A stretch of 64,000 bases of DNA from positions 32,001 through 96,000 of IMG/VR virus record IMGVR_UViG_3300043774_000178. One strand, written 5' to 3'. Positions 50,543-58,556 of this stretch are shown here, in pieces. A program made the position numbers and the translations under genes. This DNA is from a virus. Each line of letters opens with the position of its first letter. The first letter of the stretch is position 1. The notes under the pieces are model-generated. The model saw only the letters and a program-made list of their open reading frames with translations, was not told the DNA's origin and made no database searches.

Positions 50543-50747
50543 CTTCTAATTCTTTAAGTAAAGCATCTGCCATTTTAACTGACCATTTTGCAATAACCTC
50601 TCTGTCATTATCTCTTTGAACATATTTTTGCATACAAATACCCTGTAAAGCTAACCCAGCAAAGTATTCTCTTTTGGTTAGACCTATTTGTGTAAAACCT
50701 AAATTGGTATCAATCATTGCAAATGCCCCTTGTTTTCCATTTTCCAT
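50523..50747 (-). CDS. Hypothetical protein (GLTKREYFA type)
   Basis: GLTKREYFAGLALQG...ADALLKELE. Confidence 0.7.
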   Translation of the reverse strand: MENGKQGAFAMIDTNLGFTQIGLTKREYFAGLALQGICMQKYVQRDNDREVIAKWSVKMADALLKELEDESNTY

Positions 50748-50748
50748 A

Positions 50749-50985
50749 TTATAAATTTTTAGAAATATACTCTAATACTTCAGGAGAAGCACTAGCTTTA
50801 AACTTACCCTGATTTATGTAGTCAAACATTCTATAGAATACCATAGCATTGTCCTGTATATTATCAAAGCTATTTATTCTATCCAGTTTTTCTGTGACAT
50901 AACCATACTGGTTATCATAAGTATTCCATATATCTGTGGCAATACTTTTCATCTCATTAAATATTTCTTGACTTGGTGTTTCCAT
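50749..50985 (-). CDS. Hypothetical protein
   Basis: Start moved to METPSQ to avoid overlap with the upstream gene. Confidence 0.65.
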   Translation of the reverse strand: METPSQEIFNEMKSIATDIWNTYDNQYGYVTEKLDRINSFDNIQDNAMVFYRMFDYINQGKFKASASPEVLEYISKNL

Positions 50986-50986
50986 A

Positions 50987-51316
50987 TTACTTAATCTTTT
51001 TAAGTTCTCTTTTAAGTTGCTTAATTTCTCCTTCAATACTCTCAATAAAAGCCATCCAGTGGTCATACTTTCTTTCTCTTTCATCTAAAAGTTCTTGAGC
51101 AAGATCAGCAACTATATCACAGGCATTAAACCAAAGTTCTTCAGGACAGAGATCATCACCTTCTTCTATTTGCTCATCAGTTGCACCAATAGATCTTAAA
51201 TATTCCTCTTTCTCTTCATATAATCTTTTTAACTTAGCTGTATCATCTGGATATAAAGGATATCCATTAGTAAAATAATCTAACTCTTTTTGACTAAATT
51301 TCTTTTTCTTTTTCAT
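50987..51316 (-). CDS. Hypothetical protein
   Basis: 109-aa ORF. Confidence 0.7.
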   Translation of the reverse strand: MKKKKKFSQKELDYFTNGYPLYPDDTAKLKRLYEEKEEYLRSIGATDEQIEEGDDLCPEELWFNACDIVADLAQELLDERERKYDHWMAFIESIEGEIKQLKRELKKIK

Positions 51317-51374
51317 AATATTTTTTAGTTAAAAAAGTCAGGACAGATGTTACTCTATCCTGACTATTATAATC

Positions 51375-51881
51375 TTATTTTCCTTTCAGTCTTGGTAACT
51401 GATTAGGATTTTCTGTTAAACTCATAAAGTTTTTAGGTAGAATTCCTTCCTGTATAAATATACTAATTATCTCATCCTTAGATATTTTAAGATCTTTGAA
51501 TGTTAGTACATTTCTAAAGTTTGGATCTGTCTCATCATTGTTTAACAAGAAATCAGTGATCGGAGAATCTGGAAATAGTGTCTTGAAGATAAAGTTAGTA
51601 TATCTATTAGTAAGCTTCTGCTTATATAGATTGATTACTACTTGTGCTCGCTGATACACTTTACTGACTCTTTGCTTTTTCTTACTACACATGGTAGCAA
51701 GCTCTTCTTTACTCATAGCACTAAGACCATATAGTGCTCTTTTGTAAAGATAATTCTGATATTGAGAGTAAGTATCTTGTTCATACTGTACGTATGTTTT
51801 TCCTGCATACAGTTGATAGTTTTCAAGTTTACCACTATACTCAAATTTCTGCTGTTGTTTCATTTTCATATTCATATACAT
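51375..51881 (-). CDS. Hypothetical protein
   Basis: 168-aa ORF bounded by hairpins at ~51331-51365 and ~51892-51927. Confidence 0.75.
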   Translation of the reverse strand: MYMNMKMKQQQKFEYSGKLENYQLYAGKTYVQYEQDTYSQYQNYLYKRALYGLSAMSKEELATMCSKKKQRVSKVYQRAQVVINLYKQKLTNRYTNFIFKTLFPDSPITDFLLNNDETDPNFRNVLTFKDLKISKDEIISIFIQEGILPKNFMSLTENPNQLPRLKGK

Positions 51882-51945
51882 TTACTTAATTAAAAAAAAG
51901 AGGAGATACGAATAATCATACCTCCTCTATAACTAAACCTAAACC

Positions 51946-52404
51946 TTAGACAATGTCAAAGTTGTCATTAGCTTTGATACCTGATTGTTTAGTCTTATAT
52001 GCTGCACGCAATTCTTCAACATTGTCATGTTGAATTGTGATATCAGCAGTCTTAGGATTTTCTGAATACCGTGTTCTACGGTAAATAGGATCTCCATTAA
52101 GAGTACACACAATTCCTGTGTCACCTGCTACTTTTAAGTCTAATTCAGGTTTACGGAATGGAGTTATAGACTCTTCTACCCAGATTGCTCCTGGTAATTC
52201 TTGTCCAACTTTGTAGTCAAGCTCTTGTAACTGGTCAATGTTACCTTTTAACAAGAAGCTTACACGTTTCTTTTCTAAGAAACCATTAGCATTAATCAAA
52301 TTACGAGTTTGTGAAAGTGTAATGTATCCGTACATAGGATTGCTTGATACATTTACTACAGATCCTGTTGCAGAGTCTCCCTCTACGATTACTTTTGAAT
52401 TCAT
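51946..52404 (-). CDS. Beta-rich (possibly OB-fold) protein
   Basis: 152-aa ORF with YGYITLSQ, LPGAIWVEES and K.AGDTGIVC..NG.PIYR. Confidence 0.6.
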   Translation of the reverse strand: MNSKVIVEGDSATGSVVNVSSNPMYGYITLSQTRNLINANGFLEKKRVSFLLKGNIDQLQELDYKVGQELPGAIWVEESITPFRKPELDLKVAGDTGIVCTLNGDPIYRRTRYSENPKTADITIQHDNVEELRAAYKTKQSGIKANDNFDIV

Positions 52405-52511
52405 CTTTAAGATAATTTTGGTTAAACAATAAAATAGATGTGAGTTAATATACTATACACAAGCTAACTCATGCTGTGTGTAAGTGATAGTGCTTATTGC
52501 GCAATTGGGCA

Positions 52512-52793
52512 CTATATATCCAAGGAATCAGAAAGATCTATGATGTCATCAAATGGTGTGTCATCTGATGGTATATTGTTTATTTCCTCATCTTCTAATG
52601 GTAGATAATCAAAGTCATAATGTTTGTCTGGGACTTGTTTATCTACTGCTGAACCGGAAAATGGATTAAGTATGGATTCACCATAATCAAGAGAGATGAG
52701 GTATTGTATATCCTGTTCAGTAAGATCAAGATACTCCTCTATGGTGAGGTAAACCGTTTTACCAGTAGGTAGCTGAAATAACAATTTAAACAC
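52512..52793 (-). CDS. Acidic hypothetical protein
   Basis: 93-aa ORF with non-ATG start and D-rich tail. Confidence 0.65.
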   Translation of the reverse strand: MFKLLFQLPTGKTVYLTIEEYLDLTEQDIQYLISLDYGESILNPFSGSAVDKQVPDKHYDFDYLPLEDEEINNIPSDDTPFDDIIDLSDSLDI

Positions 52794-52939
52794 AAATAAG
52801 CGTAAATATATTACATTTTCATACTCAACAAGTTAAGTGTGCTTATTTAAATGCATTATATAGCTACATGATAAAGGGAGTATATTTCAACTCCCTGTTT
52901 TATCATTGGTCTATGAAAGTATACAGCAGATATACTATC

Positions 52940-53362
52940 TTAAAAGGGTACTGGAATCCAATCATAAGGATCTCCTTCTGGATTTAGTCTAAAATCTTTG
53001 AGATCTACAGAATACTCACCAAAATCACCTGGAAGTTGTATCCTTAGTGGACTATATTTAGTATATCCACTAAATGAAATCACTCTAACTTCTATAAATC
53101 CATTTTGATTGTAAGGAGATGCTGCTACTAGATCATACATCTGATTGTACTTCAGTTTCTCAACACTGATAAACCCCATATAGTTATCTTTAGGAGGTCT
53201 TGGTAATTTATTACCAAGTACAAGAGATATGAAATAGTTTGATGCAGTATGATTCTCAGATATTAATTCAGATAACAAAGTTACTATGTCTGGATTACTA
53301 TTCTTGAGTAACTGCTTGAGACTATTACTTATATCAGTGTTGGTGATATTGATCTGTATCAT
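52940..53362 (-). CDS. Hypothetical protein
   Basis: 140-aa ORF. Confidence 0.7.
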   Translation of the reverse strand: MIQINITNTDISNSLKQLLKNSNPDIVTLLSELISENHTASNYFISLVLGNKLPRPPKDNYMGFISVEKLKYNQMYDLVAASPYNQNGFIEVRVISFSGYTKYSPLRIQLPGDFGEYSVDLKDFRLNPEGDPYDWIPVPF

Positions 53363-53664
53363 AGTGCATCTTTTAAAGTATTAACTATTTCACTTCTATG
53401 ATGAGCTCTACCCATTACTAGTATGAGGTATGTTGCTTCATTCATATGGTTGATTTGTGCAATAGCTTTCTCTAATGCAAGTGCAAAGTCTGATTCTGTT
53501 TTTAGAGCATTAAGACCAATCTCTATAATCTCATATAATCTGTCATCAGTTATGCCAAGCGCATCTGCAAGATTAGTGCTATCATCATTGATGATTAGAA
53601 GCTTGTACTTTTGATTAGGAATGTACGTGTTTTCCTTTTTTTTTTTCTTGAATAAGTTGAACAT
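53359..53664 (-). CDS. Hypothetical protein
   Basis: 101-aa ORF. Confidence 0.7.
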   Translation of the reverse strand: MFNLFKKKKKENTYIPNQKYKLLIINDDSTNLADALGITDDRLYEIIEIGLNALKTESDFALALEKAIAQINHMNEATYLILVMGRAHHRSEIVNTLKDAL

Positions 53665-53778
53665 AAGTTTGTTTTTAAGGTGAATATATAGCTAAGCAGG
53701 AGAATTAATACTCTCCTGCTATAAAACAATATAGTTCTAACAAGAACCATAGAATGATGGATATCTTGTATCCTTTAT

Positions 53779-53958
53779 TTAAGAGTGAATCCATTGTCTA
53801 CAAGAATTAGAATGTCTACTGTGTTTTTGTTGTTTCTTCACATGCTTACGATGCTTCTTGTAATTAAAGCCTCTGTGTTTGGGATACTTATCCCGTGTGT
53901 TAGCAGAAGACACTACTGGTAATGCAATCAGAATTGCAATAATCAAATGTTTAATCAT
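53779..53958 (-). CDS. Signal-peptide-bearing cationic peptide (59 aa, not in ORF track)
   Basis: MIKHLIIAILIALPVVSSA followed by a K/R/H-rich mature region. Confidence 0.65.
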   Translation of the reverse strand: MIKHLIIAILIALPVVSSANTRDKYPKHRGFNYKKHRKHVKKQQKHSRHSNSCRQWIHS

Positions 53959-53959
53959 A

Positions 53960-54172
53960 TTATTTGTTTTTAGGGTTTAAATATTCAACAATTTTTGTGG
54001 GCATACGTCCACTGTTTAATACTGCTATACCAGCAGTGATATCTGATTCAGCCCATATTGTAAAGACTTCTTCATTACTCCATACTTTAAACGGTACAAG
54101 ACCTGCAGTATGGAGTTCATACATCTGCTCAACATAGTCATCATAGTATTGGTCATATATAGGATCTTGCAT
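53960..54172 (-). CDS. Hypothetical protein
   Basis: 70-aa coupled ORF. Confidence 0.65.
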   Translation of the reverse strand: MQDPIYDQYYDDYVEQMYELHTAGLVPFKVWSNEEVFTIWAESDITAGIAVLNSGRMPTKIVEYLNPKNK

Positions 54173-54414
54173 CAGTCATGACTTTTAGGTGTAACGCCTA
54201 CTATTTGATCAGGTGTATATTCATCTAATGCTTTTATATAAGCTTCTATAGCTGTGTCAGCGTGTATAGTCACTACTGATACAGAGTATCTTTGACTACC
54301 AGGTTGTATTCTGACCAAATATGCTTGGTTATCTCCACCAAAGAATTCTCTAAATGCAGTTAGTATAGCTTCCTCAGAAGCCATGCCATTCATCATTAGA
54401 ATAATCTTCTTCAA
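54172..54414 (-). CDS. Hypothetical protein
   Basis: 80-aa ORF; start uncertain. Confidence 0.6.
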   Translation of the reverse strand: MKKIILMMNGMASEEAILTAFREFFGGDNQAYLVRIQPGSQRYSVSVVTIHADTAIEAYIKALDEYTPDQIVGVTPKSHD

Positions 54415-54598
54415 GCATTTGCTCTAAGAAATTTTGAGCTATCTCACCATGAATCTCAAACTTAGGTTTTACAGGTGTAGCAACTTGCTTAGCTCTAATA
54501 AGCATTTTAAGAGTGTTACGGAGGTGATTAACGTCCATATCATCAACATTAATCTTTTGACCATTCCTCATGGTCCAATAAACTGGTTCTTTAATCAT
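54374..54598 (-). CDS. Hypothetical protein
   Basis: W...NGQKI.V.DM...HL.N.LKML pattern. Confidence 0.7.
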   Translation of the reverse strand: MIKEPVYWTMRNGQKINVDDMDVNHLRNTLKMLIRAKQVATPVKPKFEIHGEIAQNFLEQMLEEDYSNDEWHGF

Positions 54599-54613
54599 AA
54601 TTATAAATTTAAG

Positions 54614-54880
54614 TTAGTAATCAAGTTTCTGTATTTCTTTTTGGATAAATTCTAGTCTTGCCTCTAGATTTCCATATTCATTAAATGCTAGTAATTCTGC
54701 ATCACTAAGTTGTGCTTTATATTCTTCAACTGGTTTATTCATATAGTTACCTAAATGAATATATTCTTCTTGACTAATAAGATTTGATTCTAACAATCCT
54801 CTTAACCAGCCCATTATACCGCCTCTAAACTTATCTTTGTTTTGCACCATAAGTTTTAATAGTTCTTTGTCTGCTCTCAT
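54614..54880 (-). CDS. Hypothetical protein
   Basis: 88-aa ORF. Confidence 0.7.
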   Translation of the reverse strand: MRADKELLKLMVQNKDKFRGGIMGWLRGLLESNLISQEEYIHLGNYMNKPVEEYKAQLSDAELLAFNEYGNLEARLEFIQKEIQKLDY

Positions 54881-54920
54881 AATATTATTAATTAAGTTTC
54901 TATAAGTTATGTTAAGTAAA

Positions 54921-55620
54921 ACTACAAGTCAAACTCTGCTTTACAGTATGAGAGTTTATGCCTGAAACCTTGTAGTCTACTCAACAACCAGAAGTGTTAG
55001 CCCGTTGCTGTCCCTAGGGAGTGCTGGCATGTGGTTACTGGTTAAATACCCCTCTGCACTCAGTTGTAATAGTATTGGTTGTAGCTCAATTTAAAAGTAA
55101 ACATCATTCAAGATAGCGTACTGTGAACACTTCTATATATCTATAGAGCTATCACTATCTTATAGTTTAAATTAAATCATAACTAAGAGTTCTTATACTA
55201 CTCTTAAATCAACTATTACAACTGCTCACCCTTGGGAAGTGAGAATGGTGCATTAGTACCTTGCATACTCTTACAAGGATTAGTTATTTCTGTCTTCCAG
55301 TGGTACTTCTACCTGCAATTTTAACTACTCCAATTGCATAAATTACTTTAAGTATAAAGCTTTCGCATTTCACTTATGCCTTTCTTACAAAGATGATTAG
55401 TCTTCTCAACCTTTACAGAGGTTTAGTTAGGAGTTACATACAGCTAACAAGTAATCATCTTGTTTCTTATAATCTTACTGTAATAAGATTAAATCACTGA
55501 CATAAATAGTACTCTCACAAGGTTGCAACCCTTGAGGATGTAGTCATTCCATTAAGAGCCCACAGTAATAGACTGACGAGATCTACTAGTAGCATTTCCT
55601 TACCTGCTTGGATGAGAGTA
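54921..55620 (-). ncRNA. Candidate large structured ncRNA or ncRNA cluster
   Basis: ORF-free in the track; many nested helices, e.g. 54921/54969, 55061-73/55212-24, 55390-99/55452-61, 55510-17/55613-20. Strand inferred from flanking genes. Confidence 0.6.
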
Positions 55621-55653
55621 TAAGCAGTTTTATATCATGCTTAGGATATGTCT

Positions 55654-55899
55654 TTAGATATTATCAATACATATTAATGAATCTAAGTCAGCGTATTTAC
55701 CTGTGTATACTTTGCCCGACTGTGATTCTACTTTGATACTATCTTCAGAGACTTCAAGGAAATACTCTGTCTTAATATGCTTAGAAGTTTTGGGAGAATG
55801 ATGCTCTACAGCATTATTGTGTCCTAATATACATCCTACAAAGAATGTAATAATAGCATAAATAGTGAATGCGAATGCAAGTTTACCATTGTTAATCAT
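55654..55899 (-). CDS. Membrane-anchored hypothetical protein
   Basis: Start moved to MINNGKLAF; the upstream extension is low-complexity DNA. Confidence 0.65.
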   Translation of the reverse strand: MINNGKLAFAFTIYAIITFFVGCILGHNNAVEHHSPKTSKHIKTEYFLEVSEDSIKVESQSGKVYTGKYADLDSLICIDNI

Positions 55900-56019
55900 A
55901 TAATTGAGATTTGAGTTACTGAAATTAATTCCCCGGAGAATATGTGGCTCTAATAGATAATAATAATAGTATAGATAGAGATAGAGATAGTAAGTAAGTA
56001 TGTATAAAGATACTTGTAT

Positions 56020-56211
56020 ATACTGACCAATAGCCATATTCTTAAATTGTATGTGGAGTATGAGTAGGGATTATTCATACTGACCAAGGTTGTTGTAGAT
56101 ATGTGGTGGTTGATTATCAACTAGTTAGCTCTTAATGAATCTTAATTAATCCATAGTAACTTCAATAACATACTAGTTTATCACTAGTATATACTGACCA
56201 TGTATTGACCA
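56020..56211. repeat. ATACTGACCA direct repeats (3 exact + 1 variant)
   Basis: Copies at 56020, 56077 and 56191; TATTGACCA at 56203. Confidence 0.75.
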
Positions 56212-56329
56212 TACCTTTACAACCCCACTCTGTTTTGAGCTGTTTAACTTAAGCCGCAGACGAAGTCTGCTTAATAGCAAAAACAATAACCCTACACTGT
56301 ATATCAGTATAGGGTCATTGTGGATTGGG

Positions 56330-56725
56330 TTAAATCTCAGCCTCAGCTTGTTCCTCAATCACAAAGCCAAACATGGATGCAGTAGTAACTACAGCACTTG
56401 CAAGATGGCTTAGGGTCCAAAGTATGATGAGCTCACCATTCTCATCGCGCTTAGCATCCTGTGTAGTAGGATCCCACACAGTACTAGCTTTAGCACTGTA
56501 CTTACGTCCTACAACAAACTCTGCATCAGCATGGTTATAGGTACCTGCATAAACCTGTGCTGTAGTAGCAATGCCATCTACATCAATGGTTGCGAGTTTA
56601 TACTCAGTACCATTAGAGTTGGTGAATGTTTGTGCACTAAGTGGTGCAACAAGCTTAGCACTTTTACGCGCTTCATAGCTAATTGTTCCATTAGCTAAGT
56701 CTACTCTTTTCATTTTCATAATCAT
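56330..56725 (-). CDS. Beta-rich early protein (possible OB fold)
   Basis: 131-aa ORF downstream of the motif at 56766. Confidence 0.75.
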   Translation of the reverse strand: MIMKMKRVDLANGTISYEARKSAKLVAPLSAQTFTNSNGTEYKLATIDVDGIATTAQVYAGTYNHADAEFVVGRKYSAKASTVWDPTTQDAKRDENGELIILWTLSHLASAVVTTASMFGFVIEEQAEAEI

Positions 56726-56818
56726 AAAAATTAGAAATTAAACAATCATTTATCCAACTTAGTTATGAGCTGTTTAATAAAAAAGCCGCATGCGTAGCAT
56801 GCTACAAGTGTGGTTAGC

Positions 56819-56916
56819 AATTCCCACTTGGGTATATATTATTACCCATTATGTGAATACAAATTCCCACTTGCTATTAAAACCTTCCCGTGTGAAGAGT
56901 TTGAAATTCCCACTTG
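56819..56916. repeat. Three 12-bp repeats AATTCCCACTTG with exact 43-bp period
   Basis: Copies at 56819, 56862 and 56905 separated by two different 31-bp spacers. Confidence 0.85.
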
Positions 56917-56933
56917 AGTAGAAAAAAAGGGGA

Positions 56934-57200
56934 TTATTCATCCCCTATTAATCTCATGTCTGTGGTTTGAGCTAAATCATTAAGATATTCAAAGCTCTGT
57001 TTCATACTCATAAACAGATTTGCTAATGTCCAATCACATGTTGTAGGATTTCCTGGTCCTTTATAGTAAGTACCATACTTCTTTGTTTTTGGATCATAAA
57101 AGTAGAACCCCATGATATCTATATTTCTACTCATGAATAGTTCTTTCATTTTCCAACGGAGATCCTTTAGCATTTCTAATTCTATTTCTTTCTTTGTCAT
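56934..57200 (-). CDS. Early hypothetical protein
   Basis: 88 aa; own motif and terminal hairpin (56922-56946). Confidence 0.75.
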   Translation of the reverse strand: MTKKEIELEMLKDLRWKMKELFMSRNIDIMGFYFYDPKTKKYGTYYKGPGNPTTCDWTLANLFMSMKQSFEYLNDLAQTTDMRLIGDE

Positions 57201-57260
57201 GATATATAGTTTTAGTTAATAATTGTGAGCTGTTTAAAGAGGTAAATAATAAAGGGGATA

Positions 57261-57482
57261 TTACTCCCCTTTATTAAGATGTTGTTTTAACATCTTAATT
57301 AAATGCTCAGCTTGTTCATTGCTTAATTTAATTATAGCAATTTCAGCTGAATCAAATGACATAAAAAGTTCTAACTTTTCTTTACCATTTGATTGTACAG
57401 AAATACATACATCTTGCCCATCTAATTCATTTAAGCTTGATGATGTCTTTGCATTATTAATAATGTTGTTTAGTATATTCAT
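57261..57482 (-). CDS. Early hypothetical protein
   Basis: 73 aa; 12-bp inverted repeat 57247-57276 spans the stop. Confidence 0.75.
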   Translation of the reverse strand: MNILNNIINNAKTSSSLNELDGQDVCISVQSNGKEKLELFMSFDSAEIAIIKLSNEQAEHLIKMLKQHLNKGE

Positions 57483-57558
57483 AACAATAAATTTTAATAC
57501 TAGTTATGAGCTGTTTATATTTAAAAAAAGAAGAGGAGCCTAAGCCCCTCCACCTTAA

Positions 57559-57777
57559 TCAGATGTCATCCTCCATGTTGATGGTAGGACGTAACTGTGC
57601 TATGTCTGCATCTTGATACAGAGAGTCACGGTACTTAACAAGTTCACGTAATGATAAGCAGTCCATAGCCTCAATGAGTGCTTGCTCTTGAGCCTTGTGT
57701 GGACGTAGGAATAGTATCCCTGCAATCTCCATTACTACATCATTTTTGTTTTCTTTTGCTTTAGTTAAATTAAACAT
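57559..57777 (-). CDS. Early hypothetical protein
   Basis: 72 aa; terminator at ~57523-57552. Confidence 0.75.
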   Translation of the reverse strand: MFNLTKAKENKNDVVMEIAGILFLRPHKAQEQALIEAMDCLSLRELVKYRDSLYQDADIAQLRPTINMEDDI

Positions 57778-57840
57778 GATAAATAAATTTTAAGGTTCAT
57801 ATTAGTTTTGAGCTGTTTATTCTGGTAAGTAAAAAGGGGA

Positions 57841-58035
57841 TTATATTTTCCCCTCTTCACTCAATTCTATGATAGTCATCAGTGCAGCAAAGATGGATAT
57901 TAATCCCCCCACTACTACGTATCCTGATTCACTAGCAATAGTACTGAATCCACACTTAGGACATATTAAGAATATGAACCCAGCACCTGCAAGGTAATAC
58001 CCGCAGAATGTTACTAAAAATAAAAATGTTTTCAT
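57841..58035 (-). CDS. Early two-TM membrane protein with CPKC
   Basis: 64 aa; hairpin 57831-57854 spans the stop. Confidence 0.75.
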   Translation of the reverse strand: MKTFLFLVTFCGYYLAGAGFIFLICPKCGFSTIASESGYVVVGGLISIFAALMTIIELSEEGKI

Positions 58036-58084
58036 AGCTTATAATTTTAAGTATAGTATATGAGCTGTTTAAAATAAATGGGGA

Positions 58085-58174
58085 TTAATATCCAATCCCC
58101 ATTGCAAAGCAATACAACTCTAGTAAGAACCAGAGTATGATTGCAATTTTGTAACCTCCATCTAGATACTTCAT
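58085..58174 (-). CDS. Early single-TM peptide (29 aa, not in ORF track)
   Basis: MKYLDGGYKIAIILWFLLELYCFAMGIGY; ATGA-coupled; stop inside hairpin 58077-58103. Confidence 0.55.
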   Translation of the reverse strand: MKYLDGGYKIAIILWFLLELYCFAMGIGY

Positions 58175-58326
58175 GATTCCTGTATAAATAGTGAAGAAAC
58201 ACCTGCAACTCCTGCAAGTGCAAATAGTACTAGCCACCACTGGCTTTCACCATCAATCAATGCACCGATTGAGATAGTCATTACACCAGCTAAATAAATC
58301 TGAACCAATCTTAATACTTTTTTCAT
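58171..58326 (-). CDS. Early two-TM peptide (51 aa, not in ORF track)
   Basis: MKKVLRLVQIYLAGV...SLFIQES; 31 nt downstream of the motif at 58358. Confidence 0.7.
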   Translation of the reverse strand: MKKVLRLVQIYLAGVMTISIGALIDGESQWWLVLFALAGVAGVSSLFIQES

Positions 58327-58391
58327 GATACTTGTTTTATAGTTTAGATATAGTACATGAGCTGTTTATATTAAAAAGAAAGAAAAGAGGA

Positions 58392-58556
58392 TTACTCCTC
58401 TTTCTTTCTACACACGTTGAATATAACGTACTCTCCGGCAGTATGAATCTGATACTTCTTAAGAGTTTTAGCAGTCAACCATTGGTTAAGCTTTTGTTGC
58501 ATCTGAGTTAACGCTTTGGAATCAGATGCAGGAATTGAAAATATATCTACTCGCAT
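58392..58556 (-). CDS. Early hypothetical protein (54 aa, not in ORF track)
   Basis: MRVDIFSIPA...CRKKEE; motif at 58585 and hairpin 58373-58408. Confidence 0.7.
   Translation of the reverse strand: MRVDIFSIPASDSKALTQMQQKLNQWLTAKTLKKYQIHTAGEYVIFNVCRKKEE

Noticed and set aside
55573-55600. Hammerhead ribozyme (CTGACGA on + strand)
   Set aside because: No GAAA follows a stem II.
55509-55620. tRNA-Sec or SAM-I riboswitch
   Set aside because: TCA is not in the anticodon position and the T-loop is non-consensus; the SAM-I core elements beyond a P1-like stem are absent.
55941-56211. TIGR-like dual-repeat guide array
   Set aside because: Spacing of the alternating repeats is irregular and no Nop-domain protein was recognised.
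55900-56358. 5' extension of ORF 55654-56037 and ORF 56173-56358
   Set aside because: They translate low-complexity DNA, repeats, a hairpin and a promoter motif.
56819-56916. Canonical CRISPR array
   Set aside because: The repeat is only 12 bp, there are three copies, and no cas genes are in the window. Kept as an unexplained mini-array.
25081-57543. Short plus-strand ORFs opposite the replication and early genes (except 41717-42028)
   Set aside because: Antisense shadows fully overlapping well-supported genes.
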